Below are positions 8,701-18,507 of a DNA stretch of 60,066 nt, one piece after another; within the stretch, counting starts at the first letter, position 1; each line of letters starts with the position of its first letter. Position numbers and translations under genes: made by a program. Under the pieces are notes generated by a model. It was not told the origin of the DNA. It saw only the letters and a list, made by a program, of their open reading frames with translations, and made no database searches. The DNA lies in NCBI GenBank assembly GCA_964481895.1, contig CAYZUL010000006.1, forward strand, positions 1 through 60,066, written 5' to 3'. Source of the stretch: an uncultured Nitrospirota bacterium (GTDB taxonomy: Bacteria > Nitrospirota > Nitrospiria > JACRHA01).

Positions 8701-9537
8701 TTAAATAGAAAAAATTGCAGGCCCTTTGTGTCCCTTCTGCCTTGCGATGATTTCCAGGGGAAGGGATACGATGTTGATTATGCGCATGTCCGTCTCTTTT
8801 AGAAGGCAATTCTTGTCAATTAACTTGATATAACCGTTACAATTTCCACAGATACTGAGATGATATCTATCCTCATCCTTGATACCGAGGGCACCGACCA
8901 TCTTTTTGTCATCTACGCCACAGAGAAGACATCCCGGTCCTTTATATTTCCATTCCATCCAGCAGAAGGTACAGTATAAATGCCTCCCCTCCTCTTCCAG
9001 GTTGGCCATATTCGGCTGCTCTCCGCATGTGGGGCAAAAGGGTTCATCCCACCAAGCTATATCAAAATTGTCCTGCACTGTCGACGATAAGAACCTTAAG
9101 GATGGTGCCAATGAGAGCCCAGCCAGCAAAAACAACGTTTCTTCTGAAAGGGCTAATCTCTCTGTAAGTCTCCTTAGCTCCTCCTCATTGCCGGATAACA
9201 CGGCTTTCAAGGCCGACTCTATATCTGTCATTTTTATTTTGGCCCTCACCTCCTCTGCCTGATGCCTGAACTGATCCGAGGCATCCTTTATCAGCTCAAG
9301 GACGATAAAAAAGAGGTCTATGCTATTTTTAAGATCCAACAGTGGAGTTTTAGATGGATCGATTAGCGGGTTGCCATCTGCCAGCCGGTCTTTTATGTTT
9401 TTTTTCGATATGTCAATAAGAGGTGAGAGATCGTCCGGACGGCTCGACTCCTGTTTTTCCAGGAGGAGTCCGTAGAATTTGAGTATAGGTCCTAAGTCGT
9501 GGTTTTCTTTTATAAGATGTTCTATCTCAGGATGCAT
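8701..9537 (-). CDS. fdhE: FdhE-like formate dehydrogenase accessory protein
   Basis: Helical N-domain followed by W...FCPTCG..P, R.L.CTFC..EW, CLLCG, CGNC.GYIK..D. Confidence 0.75.
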   Translation of the reverse strand: MHPEIEHLIKENHDLGPILKFYGLLLEKQESSRPDDLSPLIDISKKNIKDRLADGNPLIDPSKTPLLDLKNSIDLFFIVLELIKDASDQFRHQAEEVRAKIKMTDIESALKAVLSGNEEELRRLTERLALSEETLFLLAGLSLAPSLRFLSSTVQDNFDIAWWDEPFCPTCGEQPNMANLEEEGRHLYCTFCWMEWKYKGPGCLLCGVDDKKMVGALGIKDEDRYHLSICGNCNGYIKLIDKNCLLKETDMRIINIVSLPLEIIARQKGHKGPAIFSI

Positions 9538-9572
9538 GCTTTCTTCAGGAAGGCGGATCTACGAGGATGGAC

Positions 9573-10985
9573 CTAGCCGCCGTTCATAAGATATTGATCG
9601 ATTGCCCCGGCAGCGATCTTGGCCTGTCCCATGGCAGAGATCACGGTCGATCCTCCTGTTATAACATCGCCGCCGGCAAAAACCCCCTTCTTGGATGTCG
9701 CCCCTGTTGCAGCATCTACGACCACGACCCCGTAACGGTTTGTCTCAAGATCTGGCGTGGTCTGGGTAACAGTAGGGTTTACACCAAAACCCACGGCCAC
9801 AACAGCGGTGTCTGTCTCGATGGTAAATTCCGTTCCCTTTTTCCCAACTGGTCTCCTTTTTCCAGATTCATCAGGCGCGCCCATCTCCATCTCAATGCAG
9901 ACCACCCCCTTAAGCCAGCCGCTCTCGTCTCCAATAAACCTGACAGGGTTAGCAAGAAAACGGAATAAGACCCCCTCTTCCTCCGCATGCAAGAGCTCTT
10001 CCTTCCTAGCAGGCGCATCTTCCTTAGCCCTCCGGTAGATCACCGTAACAGACTGCGGCCCCATCCTTAAGGCTGTCCTGGCAGAATCCATAGCAGTATC
10101 CCCGCAGCCGATAATGACGACCTTGCTGCCCCTCTTAACGGGCGTGGAGTAATCAGGGAATTCCCTGGCCTTCATTAATATCACCCTGGTCAAAAATTCA
10201 TTTGCCGAGTAGACCCCGTTTAGGGTCTCACCCGGGATATTCAGGAAATATGGGAGCCCGGCGCCTGTACCCAGGAATACTGCGTCAAACCTGGCCAGTA
10301 ATTCGTCCAGGTCCTCTACCCGGCCTATTATATAGTTGGTAACTATCTCTACCCCAAGCCCCTTTAATGCGTCTATCTCGGCATCCACGATCTCCTTTGG
10401 CAGCCTGAAGTCTGGTATCCCGTAGACGAGTACACCGCCCGGCCTGTGGAGCGCCTCAAAGACTGTGACACTATGGCCTTTCTTTGCAAGCTCTCCGGCC
10501 GCAGTCAGACTGGCCGGACCTGCACCGACTACAGCTACCTTTTTCCCGGAAGGTTTTATGCCGTTATGCTTTAACGAGACCCCTGATCTTCTCAGGTAAT
10601 CTGCTGTAAACCTCTCCAGGTGGCCGATTGCGACAGGTTCATGCTTTTTACCGAGGATACATCCCTTTTCGCACTGCCTCTCCTGCGGACAGACCCTCCC
10701 GCATATCGCAGGCAGCGCGTTGGCATCCTTTATCCTCTCTGCTGCCGCGATGAAATTGCCCTCCTCTATAAATTTCAAAAAACCCGGAATATCAATCCTG
10801 ACAGGACATCCTGCTACGCAGAGCGGTTTTTTACACTCAAGGCACCTGAGCGCCTCTGCCCGGGCCATCTCCGGGGTAAAACCGAGATTTACCTCTTCCC
10901 AGTTCTTCGCCCTTATATAGGGTTTCTGCATAGGCATATTATGCCTTGGAAGATCGGTCTTACGCTTCACCTTATCCAACCTCAT
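9573..10985 (-). CDS. nfnB: NfnB/SudA large subunit (GltD-like flavoprotein, 2x[4Fe-4S])
   Basis: RCLECKKPLCVAGCP, ICGRVCPQERQCE, GAGPA, YRR NADP motif, AGGD.ITG; overlaps the small-subunit gene. Confidence 0.85.
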   Translation of the reverse strand: MRLDKVKRKTDLPRHNMPMQKPYIRAKNWEEVNLGFTPEMARAEALRCLECKKPLCVAGCPVRIDIPGFLKFIEEGNFIAAAERIKDANALPAICGRVCPQERQCEKGCILGKKHEPVAIGHLERFTADYLRRSGVSLKHNGIKPSGKKVAVVGAGPASLTAAGELAKKGHSVTVFEALHRPGGVLVYGIPDFRLPKEIVDAEIDALKGLGVEIVTNYIIGRVEDLDELLARFDAVFLGTGAGLPYFLNIPGETLNGVYSANEFLTRVILMKAREFPDYSTPVKRGSKVVIIGCGDTAMDSARTALRMGPQSVTVIYRRAKEDAPARKEELLHAEEEGVLFRFLANPVRFIGDESGWLKGVVCIEMEMGAPDESGKRRPVGKKGTEFTIETDTAVVAVGFGVNPTVTQTTPDLETNRYGVVVVDAATGATSKKGVFAGGDVITGGSTVISAMGQAKIAAGAIDQYLMNGG

Positions 10986-11802
10986 AACATTTTTTGTGGG
11001 CTATCTTCTCTTCCTCCAGATAGATCCTGTTCCTTCTCGAAAGCTCATCAAAATCTACCTTATGGCCGTCGAATTCCGGCCCGTCCACACAGACAAACTT
11101 TACCTCCCCTCCGATTGTAACCCGGCAGGAGCCGCACATCCCTGTTCCATCTAACATTATGGAATTGAGGGACGTATAGGTAGGTATCCCCAGGGACGCT
11201 GTAAAGGCGCATACGGCCTTCATCATAGGTATCGGCCCAACTGTAACAACAAGGCCCGGTCTTAGTGCATCGTCAATGACTATCCTCTTTAGCTCATCTA
11301 TAACAAGCCCTTTTTTTCCATATGAACCGTCGTCAGTTGTAACATAGACCTTATCAGAAACCATCCTTATCTGATCCTCCCAAATTACAAACTCCTTTGT
11401 TCTTGCGCCGATGATCACAACTATCTTGTTCCCAAGCCCCCTTAATCCCTTTGATATCGGGTTTATTGTTGCTACCCCGTATCCGCCGGCAACGAGGATG
11501 ACCGTACCAAATCTATCAAGATGTGTCGGCCTTCCAAGGGGCCCAACGATATCAAGGAATGAATCCCCTCTTGCCATGGACTGGATCTCCTTTGATGTGC
11601 GTCCTGCCTCCTGACATATAATAGTTATGGTGCCCTTTATTGGGTCTGAATCTGCTATGGTAAGGGGTATCCTCTCACCCATCCCATCCTTCCTGACTAT
11701 AACGAATTGTCCGGGGAGGTGCTTTCTTGCAATATGCGGGGCATCGATTATAAAGAGGGATGTCTTAGGAGAGAGCGTTGCTTTATCGATTATCCTTGCC
11801 AT
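10972..11802 (-). CDS. nfnA: NfnA/SudB small subunit (FAD, [2Fe-2S])
   Basis: PGQFVI, GERIPLTIAD, DGTGMCGSCRV...CVDGPEF. Confidence 0.88.
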   Translation of the reverse strand: MARIIDKATLSPKTSLFIIDAPHIARKHLPGQFVIVRKDGMGERIPLTIADSDPIKGTITIICQEAGRTSKEIQSMARGDSFLDIVGPLGRPTHLDRFGTVILVAGGYGVATINPISKGLRGLGNKIVVIIGARTKEFVIWEDQIRMVSDKVYVTTDDGSYGKKGLVIDELKRIVIDDALRPGLVVTVGPIPMMKAVCAFTASLGIPTYTSLNSIMLDGTGMCGSCRVTIGGEVKFVCVDGPEFDGHKVDFDELSRRNRIYLEEEKIAHKKCYEVG

Positions 11803-11832
11803 TCATGATCCATTTCTTCTACAGATCTTAAT

Positions 11833-11862
11833 AAAATAAGCTATTATTGGTGTCTGTGTCAA
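11833..11862 (-). promoter_or_regulatory. sigma70-type promoter for nfnAB-fdhE
   Basis: Minus strand TTGACA-18nt-TATTTT. Confidence 0.4.
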
Positions 11863-12021
11863 GCCGGATTCATTACCCCGGTATCATTTGATTTCTTATT
11901 TCAGGTAATTCAGGCCGGGTTAGGTTGAGGCAAAGGTCGCGGCTTACGGAGGTATATACAAGAGTGCGCTGCTTCCTGAATGGGACCAGGTCCCGCGGGG
12001 TTATATCTGTTTCCAAAACAT

Positions 12022-12150
12022 ATGTTACCAATACGTAATTGAGTAGACTGATTGCTCCATTTTGGTAACATTCTTTGAGCAGCTCTGGACGGAAATAAGA
12101 ATGACTTTCCTTATATTTCAATATGATATATTAGTGGCATGTAAATTGTA
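12022..12150 (+). promoter_or_regulatory. sigma54-like promoter with upstream inverted-repeat activator sites
   Basis: TGGCATGTAAATTGTA at 12135-12150 (-24/-12 spacing, GT in place of GC); perfect inverted repeat ATGTTACCAA 12022-12031 / TTGGTAACAT 12062-12071. Confidence 0.4.
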
Positions 12151-12228
12151 AGTCTATAATATCTACAATCAAGATTTGGGGGCGGGATCATTTTATAATA
12201 TATGTTTAGTAAGTGAAAGGAGGGTATT

Positions 12229-12945
12229 ATGAAGAAGGGGGCAATCATATCAATAATGTCAATGACCATATTTCTGGCAGTTCTGCTTCTTGTTCTCGCA
12301 TTTGATCCAATATTTGCGGCCATAGGCCCAATAGGATTTACCCAGGAAACCCTGGGTCAGGAGATAAGAGATGAGTCTGCAAACCGTTACAAGATGATGA
12401 CCTATCATGGCAGATATCAAGAACAACTTGGTACGGCTATAAGGAACAACTCAGAGGTGCGTTTCGAATGGGGTCTGAAGGCCGGCGTGTTCCAGGAAGA
12501 ACTGGGAAAGGTAATTAGAGATGATGCAGTCCTTCGACAAATAGGTGCAGGAAATATGCAAGAAGGGATAGGCAGGGCAATAATTAACCACGCCATGCTA
12601 AACTTCAAGTTGGTTCGGACCCAGGAAGAACTTGGTGCTGCCATAAGAGATGAGGCTTCCACTAAATATGATACGATGACTGCCATGGGTAAATATCAGG
12701 AGCGACTTGGAGAGGCTATTAAGATGGATGCTGTAACCAGACTCAAAATGGTAGAGGAGGTGGTGCTCAATCAGGAAGAGCAGTCTGTTCCAGTAGGTGA
12801 GGACAATGCATTGCCGTATACGAGCCTGCTGCTGGCCGGAATGGTCATAGCAACAGCCGCCTCATTTTTCTTCTCATGGGCTATATGTTGCCCGCAATAT
12901 AAGGGCGAAAAGGCTGAAGAGGAAGAGATCTCGAAAGCAGCTTAA
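12229..12945 (+). CDS. unknown membrane-anchored protein with six QExxGxxI repeats
   Basis: AAAGGAGG RBS; N-terminal hydrophobic segment, repeats at aa 39, 64, 89, 111, 132, 157, C-terminal TM helix; followed by a terminator. Confidence 0.85.
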   Translation: MKKGAIISIMSMTIFLAVLLLVLAFDPIFAAIGPIGFTQETLGQEIRDESANRYKMMTYHGRYQEQLGTAIRNNSEVRFEWGLKAGVFQEELGKVIRDDAVLRQIGAGNMQEGIGRAIINHAMLNFKLVRTQEELGAAIRDEASTKYDTMTAMGKYQERLGEAIKMDAVTRLKMVEEVVLNQEEQSVPVGEDNALPYTSLLLAGMVIATAASFFFSWAICCPQYKGEKAEEEEISKAA

Positions 12946-12978
12946 ATTAAGGAATGTAAAAATAAACAAGTATCCATC

Positions 12979-13012
12979 GGCACTTCCTAAAGTAGAGGGA
13001 GTGCCTTTTTTT
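12979..13012 (+). terminator. rho-independent terminator
   Basis: GGCACTTCCT...AGGGAGTGCC stem followed by T7. Confidence 0.85.
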
Positions 13013-13042
13013 CGTACAGAGGATGCTGTTTCCTTGAAACCC

Positions 13043-13129
13043 TGGTGCCGGAGGGGGGGGTCGAACCCCCATGGGATTGCTCCCGCGGGATTTTGAGTCC
13101 CGTGCGTCTGCCAATTTCACCACTCCGGC
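13043..13129 (-). tRNA. tRNA-Leu (CAA)
   Basis: GCCGGAGTGGTGAAATTGGCAGACGCACGGGACTCAAAATCCCG...GGTTCGACCCCCCCCTCCGGCACCA; long variable arm, encoded CCA. Confidence 0.97.
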
Positions 13130-13329
13130 CAATTTACAATCTGACCTCTAACCTAGTAAAGGTTTTTACTATAAATCCTAAAAGAAAGTCAAACCATAAT
13201 GAGGGCGTCCCTCCTTTTTCAGCAGGATCAATAAGATAATTATTATAAGGACAGACCTGGAGGAGGCAAGGAAGCAAGGCCCCTTTCCATTTTACATATT
13301 TTTCCAAAAATGATAATATACGCAAGTTT

Positions 13330-15600
13330 ATGAGAAAAAAAGCAGCCCTGTTTATCTGCTTGATCCTCTGTCTCCTGTTTTTTCTTACGGTTGGGTACAT
13401 TTCAGCCGCAGAGAAGGAAACCAGGATAAAATCAATAGAGATCAAGGGGAATAGACGTATCGAGACAGACACTATAAAGACAAGGATCAAGACCCGCGAA
13501 GGTGATCTTTTTTCTTTGGCAGCCGCGAGGGAGGACCTTAAAACGATTTTCCAGATGGGCTATTTTGATGACGTAAGCATCGACTCTGAGGATACCGAAG
13601 CGGGGATAAACCTTATATTTGCGGTTAAGGAAAAACCTGTGATAACAGAGGTCGCCTTTCAGGGAAATAAGGAGGTAGAAGCAGATAAGCTGAAGGAAAA
13701 GGTGAATATAAAGGTTGAATCGTTTATCGATAATCAGCAGATTAAGGAGAACATAAATAAGATAGTCCGGTTTTATGAGGAGGAAGGATATTACGATGCC
13801 AAGGTAACGCCGGTGATCAAGGTGCTGCAAGACGATAAGGTATCACTCATATTTTATATAGTAGAGGGGGAAAAGGCACAGATAAAGGAGATTATCTTTG
13901 AAGGGAACAAGAATATAGACAGTAAGAAGCTTAAAAAGTCTATCAGCTCATCGGAACACAGATGGATAATCTCCTACTTTACCGGCAGCGGCCTATACAA
14001 AAAGGATCTGGTAAATAGTGATGTTGATAGCATCAAAGAGCTCTACCTGAATAATGGCTACATGGATGTCCAGGTGGGCCAACCAAAGGTGGTCTTAAGC
14101 GATGATAGGAAGCAGTTCACCTTAACATATCCTGTAATCGAGGGGGATCAATTCACCATAAGGGAGATCGGTTTTAAGGGAAACAACATAATAAGCACCA
14201 AGGGTCTGAGAGAGAAGCTAAACAGCAAGAGCGGCAATATAGTAAGAAGGGATCTTTTGCGGAAGGATGTGTCGGCAATAACGGATATGTATGGCGAAAA
14301 AGGATACGTTTTTGCTCAGGCAGTCCCGCAGATATCCAGTAACCGGGAGACAAGGAGTGTTGATATTACCTTTGATATTAATGAAGGGGCCCAGGTAAGG
14401 GTCAGAGAGATCAATATATATGGCAATGACAAGACAAGGGACAAGGTCATAAGAAGGGAGATAAAGGTTGTTGAGCAGGATATCGTCAATACCAAGGATC
14501 TCAAAAGGAGCTTCCAGAGGCTCAATAACCTGAACTTCTTTGAGACGGTTGAGATCACACCTGAGCAGGTGGGGAAGGATATGATGGATCTCAATGTAAG
14601 GGTGAAGGAGAAATCGACAGGCACATTCAGCGTAGGGGGCGGGTACAGCTCTGTAGACAGGCTCGTAGCCCTTACTGATGTAACAGAGGGGAACCTATTC
14701 GGAAGGGGTCAGCTAATAAAAGGAAAGATTGAATTGGGAAGCAGGAAGACATCTTACGATATTACCTTCAAGGAGCCCTATCTTTTTGACTATCCGGTGT
14801 CAGGTACCGCTGACCTCTTTAATATAAAGCGGGATTTTACTACGTATAGCGAGAGGAGGAAGGGAGGCGCGATCTCGCTCGGGAAGACCTTTACAGAATA
14901 TACGGGGGGATCCCTAAGCTATAAATTTGAAAAGTTGAATATCTTTGATGTTAAAGATGATGCCTCCGCTATAGTACAGCAACAGAAAGGGGAGTCTATA
15001 ACGAGCAGCACAGGCCTTTCCCTTTACAGGGACTCCAGGGACTACTACTTTGATCCCCGCAGCGGTTCGAGAAACTCCGTGTCTTTTCAATATGCCGGCG
15101 GGTTTCTGAGGGGCGACAATGAATTCATAAAGACCATCGGGGATTCAAGCTGGTATTATAATCCTATTTGGGATACCGTCATTTCGGTCCATGGCAGGTT
15201 AGGATATGCGATAGGTATCACCGGCAATGAACTGCCTGTTGGAGAACGTTTCTATGTTGGTGGCATTAATACAATCAGGGGGTTTGCCTTTGGAAAGGCT
15301 GGCCCACTGGATTCAAATGGTAATATAATCGGTGCAAACAAGGAGCTGATATTCAACCTGGAATATACATTTCCCCTTGTTCAGGAGGCGAAGATAAAGG
15401 GCCTGTTGTTCTTTGATGCAGGGAAGGGTTTCGATGATAATGAGCCGATAAGCCTTGACCATATAAGGTACAGTACCGGGACAGGGATAAGATGGATCTC
15501 CCCTGTGGGGCCTCTACGCCTTGAATGGGGATATAACCTGAACAGGAAAGAGGGAGAGAGGCAAAGTCAGATGGAATTTTCTATAGGTACATTATTTTAA
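13330..15600 (+). CDS. bamA: outer membrane protein assembly factor BamA
   Basis: Five POTRA-like repeats, IRGF motif, W.SP.GPLR, C-terminal F. Confidence 0.97.
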   Translation: MRKKAALFICLILCLLFFLTVGYISAAEKETRIKSIEIKGNRRIETDTIKTRIKTREGDLFSLAAAREDLKTIFQMGYFDDVSIDSEDTEAGINLIFAVKEKPVITEVAFQGNKEVEADKLKEKVNIKVESFIDNQQIKENINKIVRFYEEEGYYDAKVTPVIKVLQDDKVSLIFYIVEGEKAQIKEIIFEGNKNIDSKKLKKSISSSEHRWIISYFTGSGLYKKDLVNSDVDSIKELYLNNGYMDVQVGQPKVVLSDDRKQFTLTYPVIEGDQFTIREIGFKGNNIISTKGLREKLNSKSGNIVRRDLLRKDVSAITDMYGEKGYVFAQAVPQISSNRETRSVDITFDINEGAQVRVREINIYGNDKTRDKVIRREIKVVEQDIVNTKDLKRSFQRLNNLNFFETVEITPEQVGKDMMDLNVRVKEKSTGTFSVGGGYSSVDRLVALTDVTEGNLFGRGQLIKGKIELGSRKTSYDITFKEPYLFDYPVSGTADLFNIKRDFTTYSERRKGGAISLGKTFTEYTGGSLSYKFEKLNIFDVKDDASAIVQQQKGESITSSTGLSLYRDSRDYYFDPRSGSRNSVSFQYAGGFLRGDNEFIKTIGDSSWYYNPIWDTVISVHGRLGYAIGITGNELPVGERFYVGGINTIRGFAFGKAGPLDSNGNIIGANKELIFNLEYTFPLVQEAKIKGLLFFDAGKGFDDNEPISLDHIRYSTGTGIRWISPVGPLRLEWGYNLNRKEGERQSQMEFSIGTLF

Positions 15601-15610
15601 GAAAGGAGCC

Positions 15611-16144
15611 ATGAAATTGAAAAGATTAATCCTGATTCTCAGCATCTTCAGTCTCTTCTTATACATCAGACCTGCGGCAGCCGCAGAACTCAAGGTGGCA
15701 TATGTAGATGCCCAGAAGGTCCTTGATAACAGCAAGGCAGGCAAGAGGACCAAGACTACAATAGAAGAGTATGTCAAGAGCAGACAGAAGATAATAGACC
15801 TTGAGGAGGAGGAACTGAAAAGGATGGACACTGAGCTTGCAAAGCAGGCCGCTGTGTTGAGTCCTGAGGCAAAGAGAGAAAAGGAAGAGGTACTTAAAAG
15901 GAAATTTGCTGAATATCAGAAGAGGACCGCTGACCTTAGAGGCGAGGTGGACAGTAAGAAGATCGAGGTGTTAAAAGAGTTTAATCAGGGGCTGGAGGAG
16001 ACAGTAAAAAAGGTTGCCGAGAAGGATGGCTATACCATTATCTTTGATAAAAACCCAATGGGCGGACCCCTTATCTATGCAAAGGAGAACCTCGATATTA
16101 CAGATAAGGTAGTCGCGGAATATGACAAAAAGACATCAAACTAA
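15611..16144 (+). CDS. skp: Skp/OmpH periplasmic chaperone
   Basis: Signal peptide, KVAYVD, coiled coil, DITDKV; position between bamA and lpxD. Confidence 0.92.
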   Translation: MKLKRLILILSIFSLFLYIRPAAAAELKVAYVDAQKVLDNSKAGKRTKTTIEEYVKSRQKIIDLEEEELKRMDTELAKQAAVLSPEAKREKEEVLKRKFAEYQKRTADLRGEVDSKKIEVLKEFNQGLEETVKKVAEKDGYTIIFDKNPMGGPLIYAKENLDITDKVVAEYDKKTSN

Positions 16145-16154
16145 TACAAATTCC

Positions 16155-16203
16155 AACCCCTCCTTGCTCCTCCCCTTAATTTAAGGGGAGGAAGGGTGGG
16201 GTT
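16155..16203. repeat. REP-like palindrome
   Basis: AACCCC...TCCTCCCCTTAA-T-TTAAGGGGAGGA...GGGGTT hairpin in the skp-lpxD spacer; followed by 7-nt-period T-rich repeats at 16208-16235. Confidence 0.75.
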
Positions 16204-16238
16204 AAGCTTGAAATTTGGGTTTTATCATTTGAAATAAT

Positions 16239-17297
16239 ATGGGATTTACAATTAGACAACTGTCCGGGATAGTTGGTGGGAAGATAATCGGAGATCCTGA
16301 CCTTGTGATAACCGGTGTCTCCGGGATCAGGGAGGCACAGGAAGGGGATATTACTTTTGTAGCCAACCCGAAATATCTGCCGGAGCTTAAATCTACCAGG
16401 GCATCTGCAGTAATTATGTCAAAGGAGATAGAGGGATCTGATATCACTCAGCTCCTTGTGGAACATCCTTATTACGCCTTTGCCAGGATAATGAACCATC
16501 TCTACCAGAAGGTCCCATCACCTAAAGGTGTGAGCAGTAATGCCTTTATCTGTGAGGGGGTAAGGCTCGGAAAGGATGTCTCAATATACCCCCTTGTCTA
16601 CATTGGTGAGGATGCGGAGATTGGAGATAATACCATCATATACCCCGGCTGTTATATCGGTGAGAGGGCAAAGATAGGCGGGCAGACTATAATATATCCA
16701 AATGTCACCATCAGGGAGGATGTCTCTATAGGCAAGTCTGTTATCATCCATAGTGGGTCTGTGATCGGGAGTGACGGGTTTGGTTATGCGACGCATGAGG
16801 GGAGGCATTATAAGATCCTGCAGGTAGGTACTGTAATGATAGAAGATGATGTGGAGATAGGCGCGAACGTAACTGTTGACAGGGCAGCCATAGGAAAGAC
16901 GGTCATAAAAAGGGGGACAAAGATCGATAATCTTGTGCAGGTTGCCCATAATGTGGTAATAGGCGAGGATTGCCTGCTTGCGTCCCAGACCGGGATAGCC
17001 GGAAGCTCGGAGTTGGGAAATCATGTAACACTTGCCGGACAGGTTGGTGTGGTAGGTCACATAAAGATCGGGGAGAATGTAATGGTTGGAGCCCAGTCGG
17101 GTATAAGCAAGGGGATAAAACCGGGACAGATAGTCTCAGGTTCCCCGGCAATACCGCACAAGGAGTGGCTCAAGGCCCAGTCGACCTTCCCTGACCTGCC
17201 GGAGATGAGAAGAAGGATACGGGAGCTGGAAGAGAAGGTAGAGGGGATTGATGAAAGATTGACACAAAGGGGAGACGGTCATGTTAAAGATAAGTGA
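16239..17297 (+). CDS. lpxD: UDP-3-O-acylglucosamine N-acyltransferase
   Basis: Hexapeptide repeats, [20 protein letters not shown]. Confidence 0.97.
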   Translation: MGFTIRQLSGIVGGKIIGDPDLVITGVSGIREAQEGDITFVANPKYLPELKSTRASAVIMSKEIEGSDITQLLVEHPYYAFARIMNHLYQKVPSPKGVSSNAFICEGVRLGKDVSIYPLVYIGEDAEIGDNTIIYPGCYIGERAKIGGQTIIYPNVTIREDVSIGKSVIIHSGSVIGSDGFGYATHEGRHYKILQVGTVMIEDDVEIGANVTVDRAAIGKTVIKRGTKIDNLVQVAHNVVIGEDCLLASQTGIAGSSELGNHVTLAGQVGVVGHIKIGENVMVGAQSGISKGIKPGQIVSGSPAIPHKEWLKAQSTFPDLPEMRRRIRELEEKVEGIDERLTQRGDGHVKDK

Positions 17298-17721
17298 GAT
17301 ACTGGACATATTACCGCATCGGTATCCTTTTCTTCTAGTTGACAGGATTGAGGAGATAGATCCGGGTAAACGGATAGTCTGCGTGAAGAATGTAACCATC
17401 AACGAGCCCTTTTTCCAGGGACACTTTCCGGGGTATCCGATAATGCCGGGCGTGCTAATCATTGAGGCCATGGCGCAGGCAGGAGGGGTACTGGCCTTCA
17501 AATCCAGCAAGAATTCAGATAAAAAACTTGTCTATTTTATCGGGATAGACAATGCCAGGTTCAGAAAGTCCGTGTTTCCCGGAGATCAGATCAGGCTTGA
17601 GGTCGAGGTGCTCCAGGAGAGACATCCTTACTGGAGACTAAAAGGAATGTCGTATGTAAGTGGGGAACTAGTATGCGAGGCAGAGCTTCTTGCGAAGCTT
17701 GCCGACAGGGAAGATAAGTAG
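17281..17721 (+). CDS. fabZ: 3-hydroxyacyl-ACP dehydratase
   Basis: [33 protein letters not shown]. Confidence 0.98.
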   Translation: MLKISEILDILPHRYPFLLVDRIEEIDPGKRIVCVKNVTINEPFFQGHFPGYPIMPGVLIIEAMAQAGGVLAFKSSKNSDKKLVYFIGIDNARFRKSVFPGDQIRLEVEVLQERHPYWRLKGMSYVSGELVCEAELLAKLADREDK

Positions 17722-17730
17722 GAGATTACC

Positions 17731-18504
17731 TTGAGCAGACATCAAACAGCAATAATCCACCCCAATGCAGAGATCGGATCCGACGTTGAGATCGGGGCCT
17801 ATGCCGTTATAGGGGAACATGTAAAGCTGGGGAATGGGGTGAAGATCGGATCACATGTAGTAATTGATGGATGGACAGAGGTAGGGGACGGCTGCAGTTT
17901 CTTTCCCTTTTCGTCAATAGGCAGCATACCGCAGGACCTTAAATTTGGCGGCGAGGAGACGAGGATTAAGATCGGCAAGGAAAATACATTCAGGGAGTTT
18001 ATTACTGTCAACAGAGGAACAAAAAAAGGGGGCGGTGAGACATGTATAGGCGACCATAATTTCTTTATGGCCTATGTACATATAGCACATGACTGCCGAA
18101 TAGGAAGTAATGTGATAATGGCTAACGCGGCAACACTTGCCGGGCATATATCTATAGGTGACTATGCTATCATCGGCGGACTTGTTGGGATCCATCAATT
18201 TGTCAGGATAGGTGAATATACGATGATAGGCGGATGCTCGGCAGTTGCACAGGATGTTCCGCCATTCCTCTCTGCCGTAGGGAACAGGGCCAGTGTTTAC
18301 AACATTAACAAAGTCGGGCTTAAGAGGCATGGATTCTCAGCAGAGAGGCTGGAAAAACTTAAAGAGGCATACAAGATACTCTTCCGGTCCGGATTGACCT
18401 TAAAAGAGGCCGTCACGAAGGCAAGGGTAGAGATAAAGGATTCCCTGGATGTTGATTCCCTGCTTCAATTTATAGAAGGCTCAGAGAGGGGGATATGCCG
18501 GTAA
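17731..18504 (+). CDS. lpxA: UDP-N-acetylglucosamine acyltransferase
   Basis: PQDLKF, HIAHDC, LAGH, HQF, QDVPPF; TTG start. Confidence 0.97.
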   Translation: MSRHQTAIIHPNAEIGSDVEIGAYAVIGEHVKLGNGVKIGSHVVIDGWTEVGDGCSFFPFSSIGSIPQDLKFGGEETRIKIGKENTFREFITVNRGTKKGGGETCIGDHNFFMAYVHIAHDCRIGSNVIMANAATLAGHISIGDYAIIGGLVGIHQFVRIGEYTMIGGCSAVAQDVPPFLSAVGNRASVYNINKVGLKRHGFSAERLEKLKEAYKILFRSGLTLKEAVTKARVEIKDSLDVDSLLQFIEGSERGICR

Positions 18505-18507
18505 GAG

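Noticed and set aside
9573-10985. Glutamate synthase small subunit gltD
   Set aside because: No gltB; it is paired with a PyrK-like small subunit, the NfnAB arrangement.
12947-13239. ORFs 12947-13132 (-) and 13045-13239 (+)
   Set aside because: They are translations across tRNA-Leu and a terminator.
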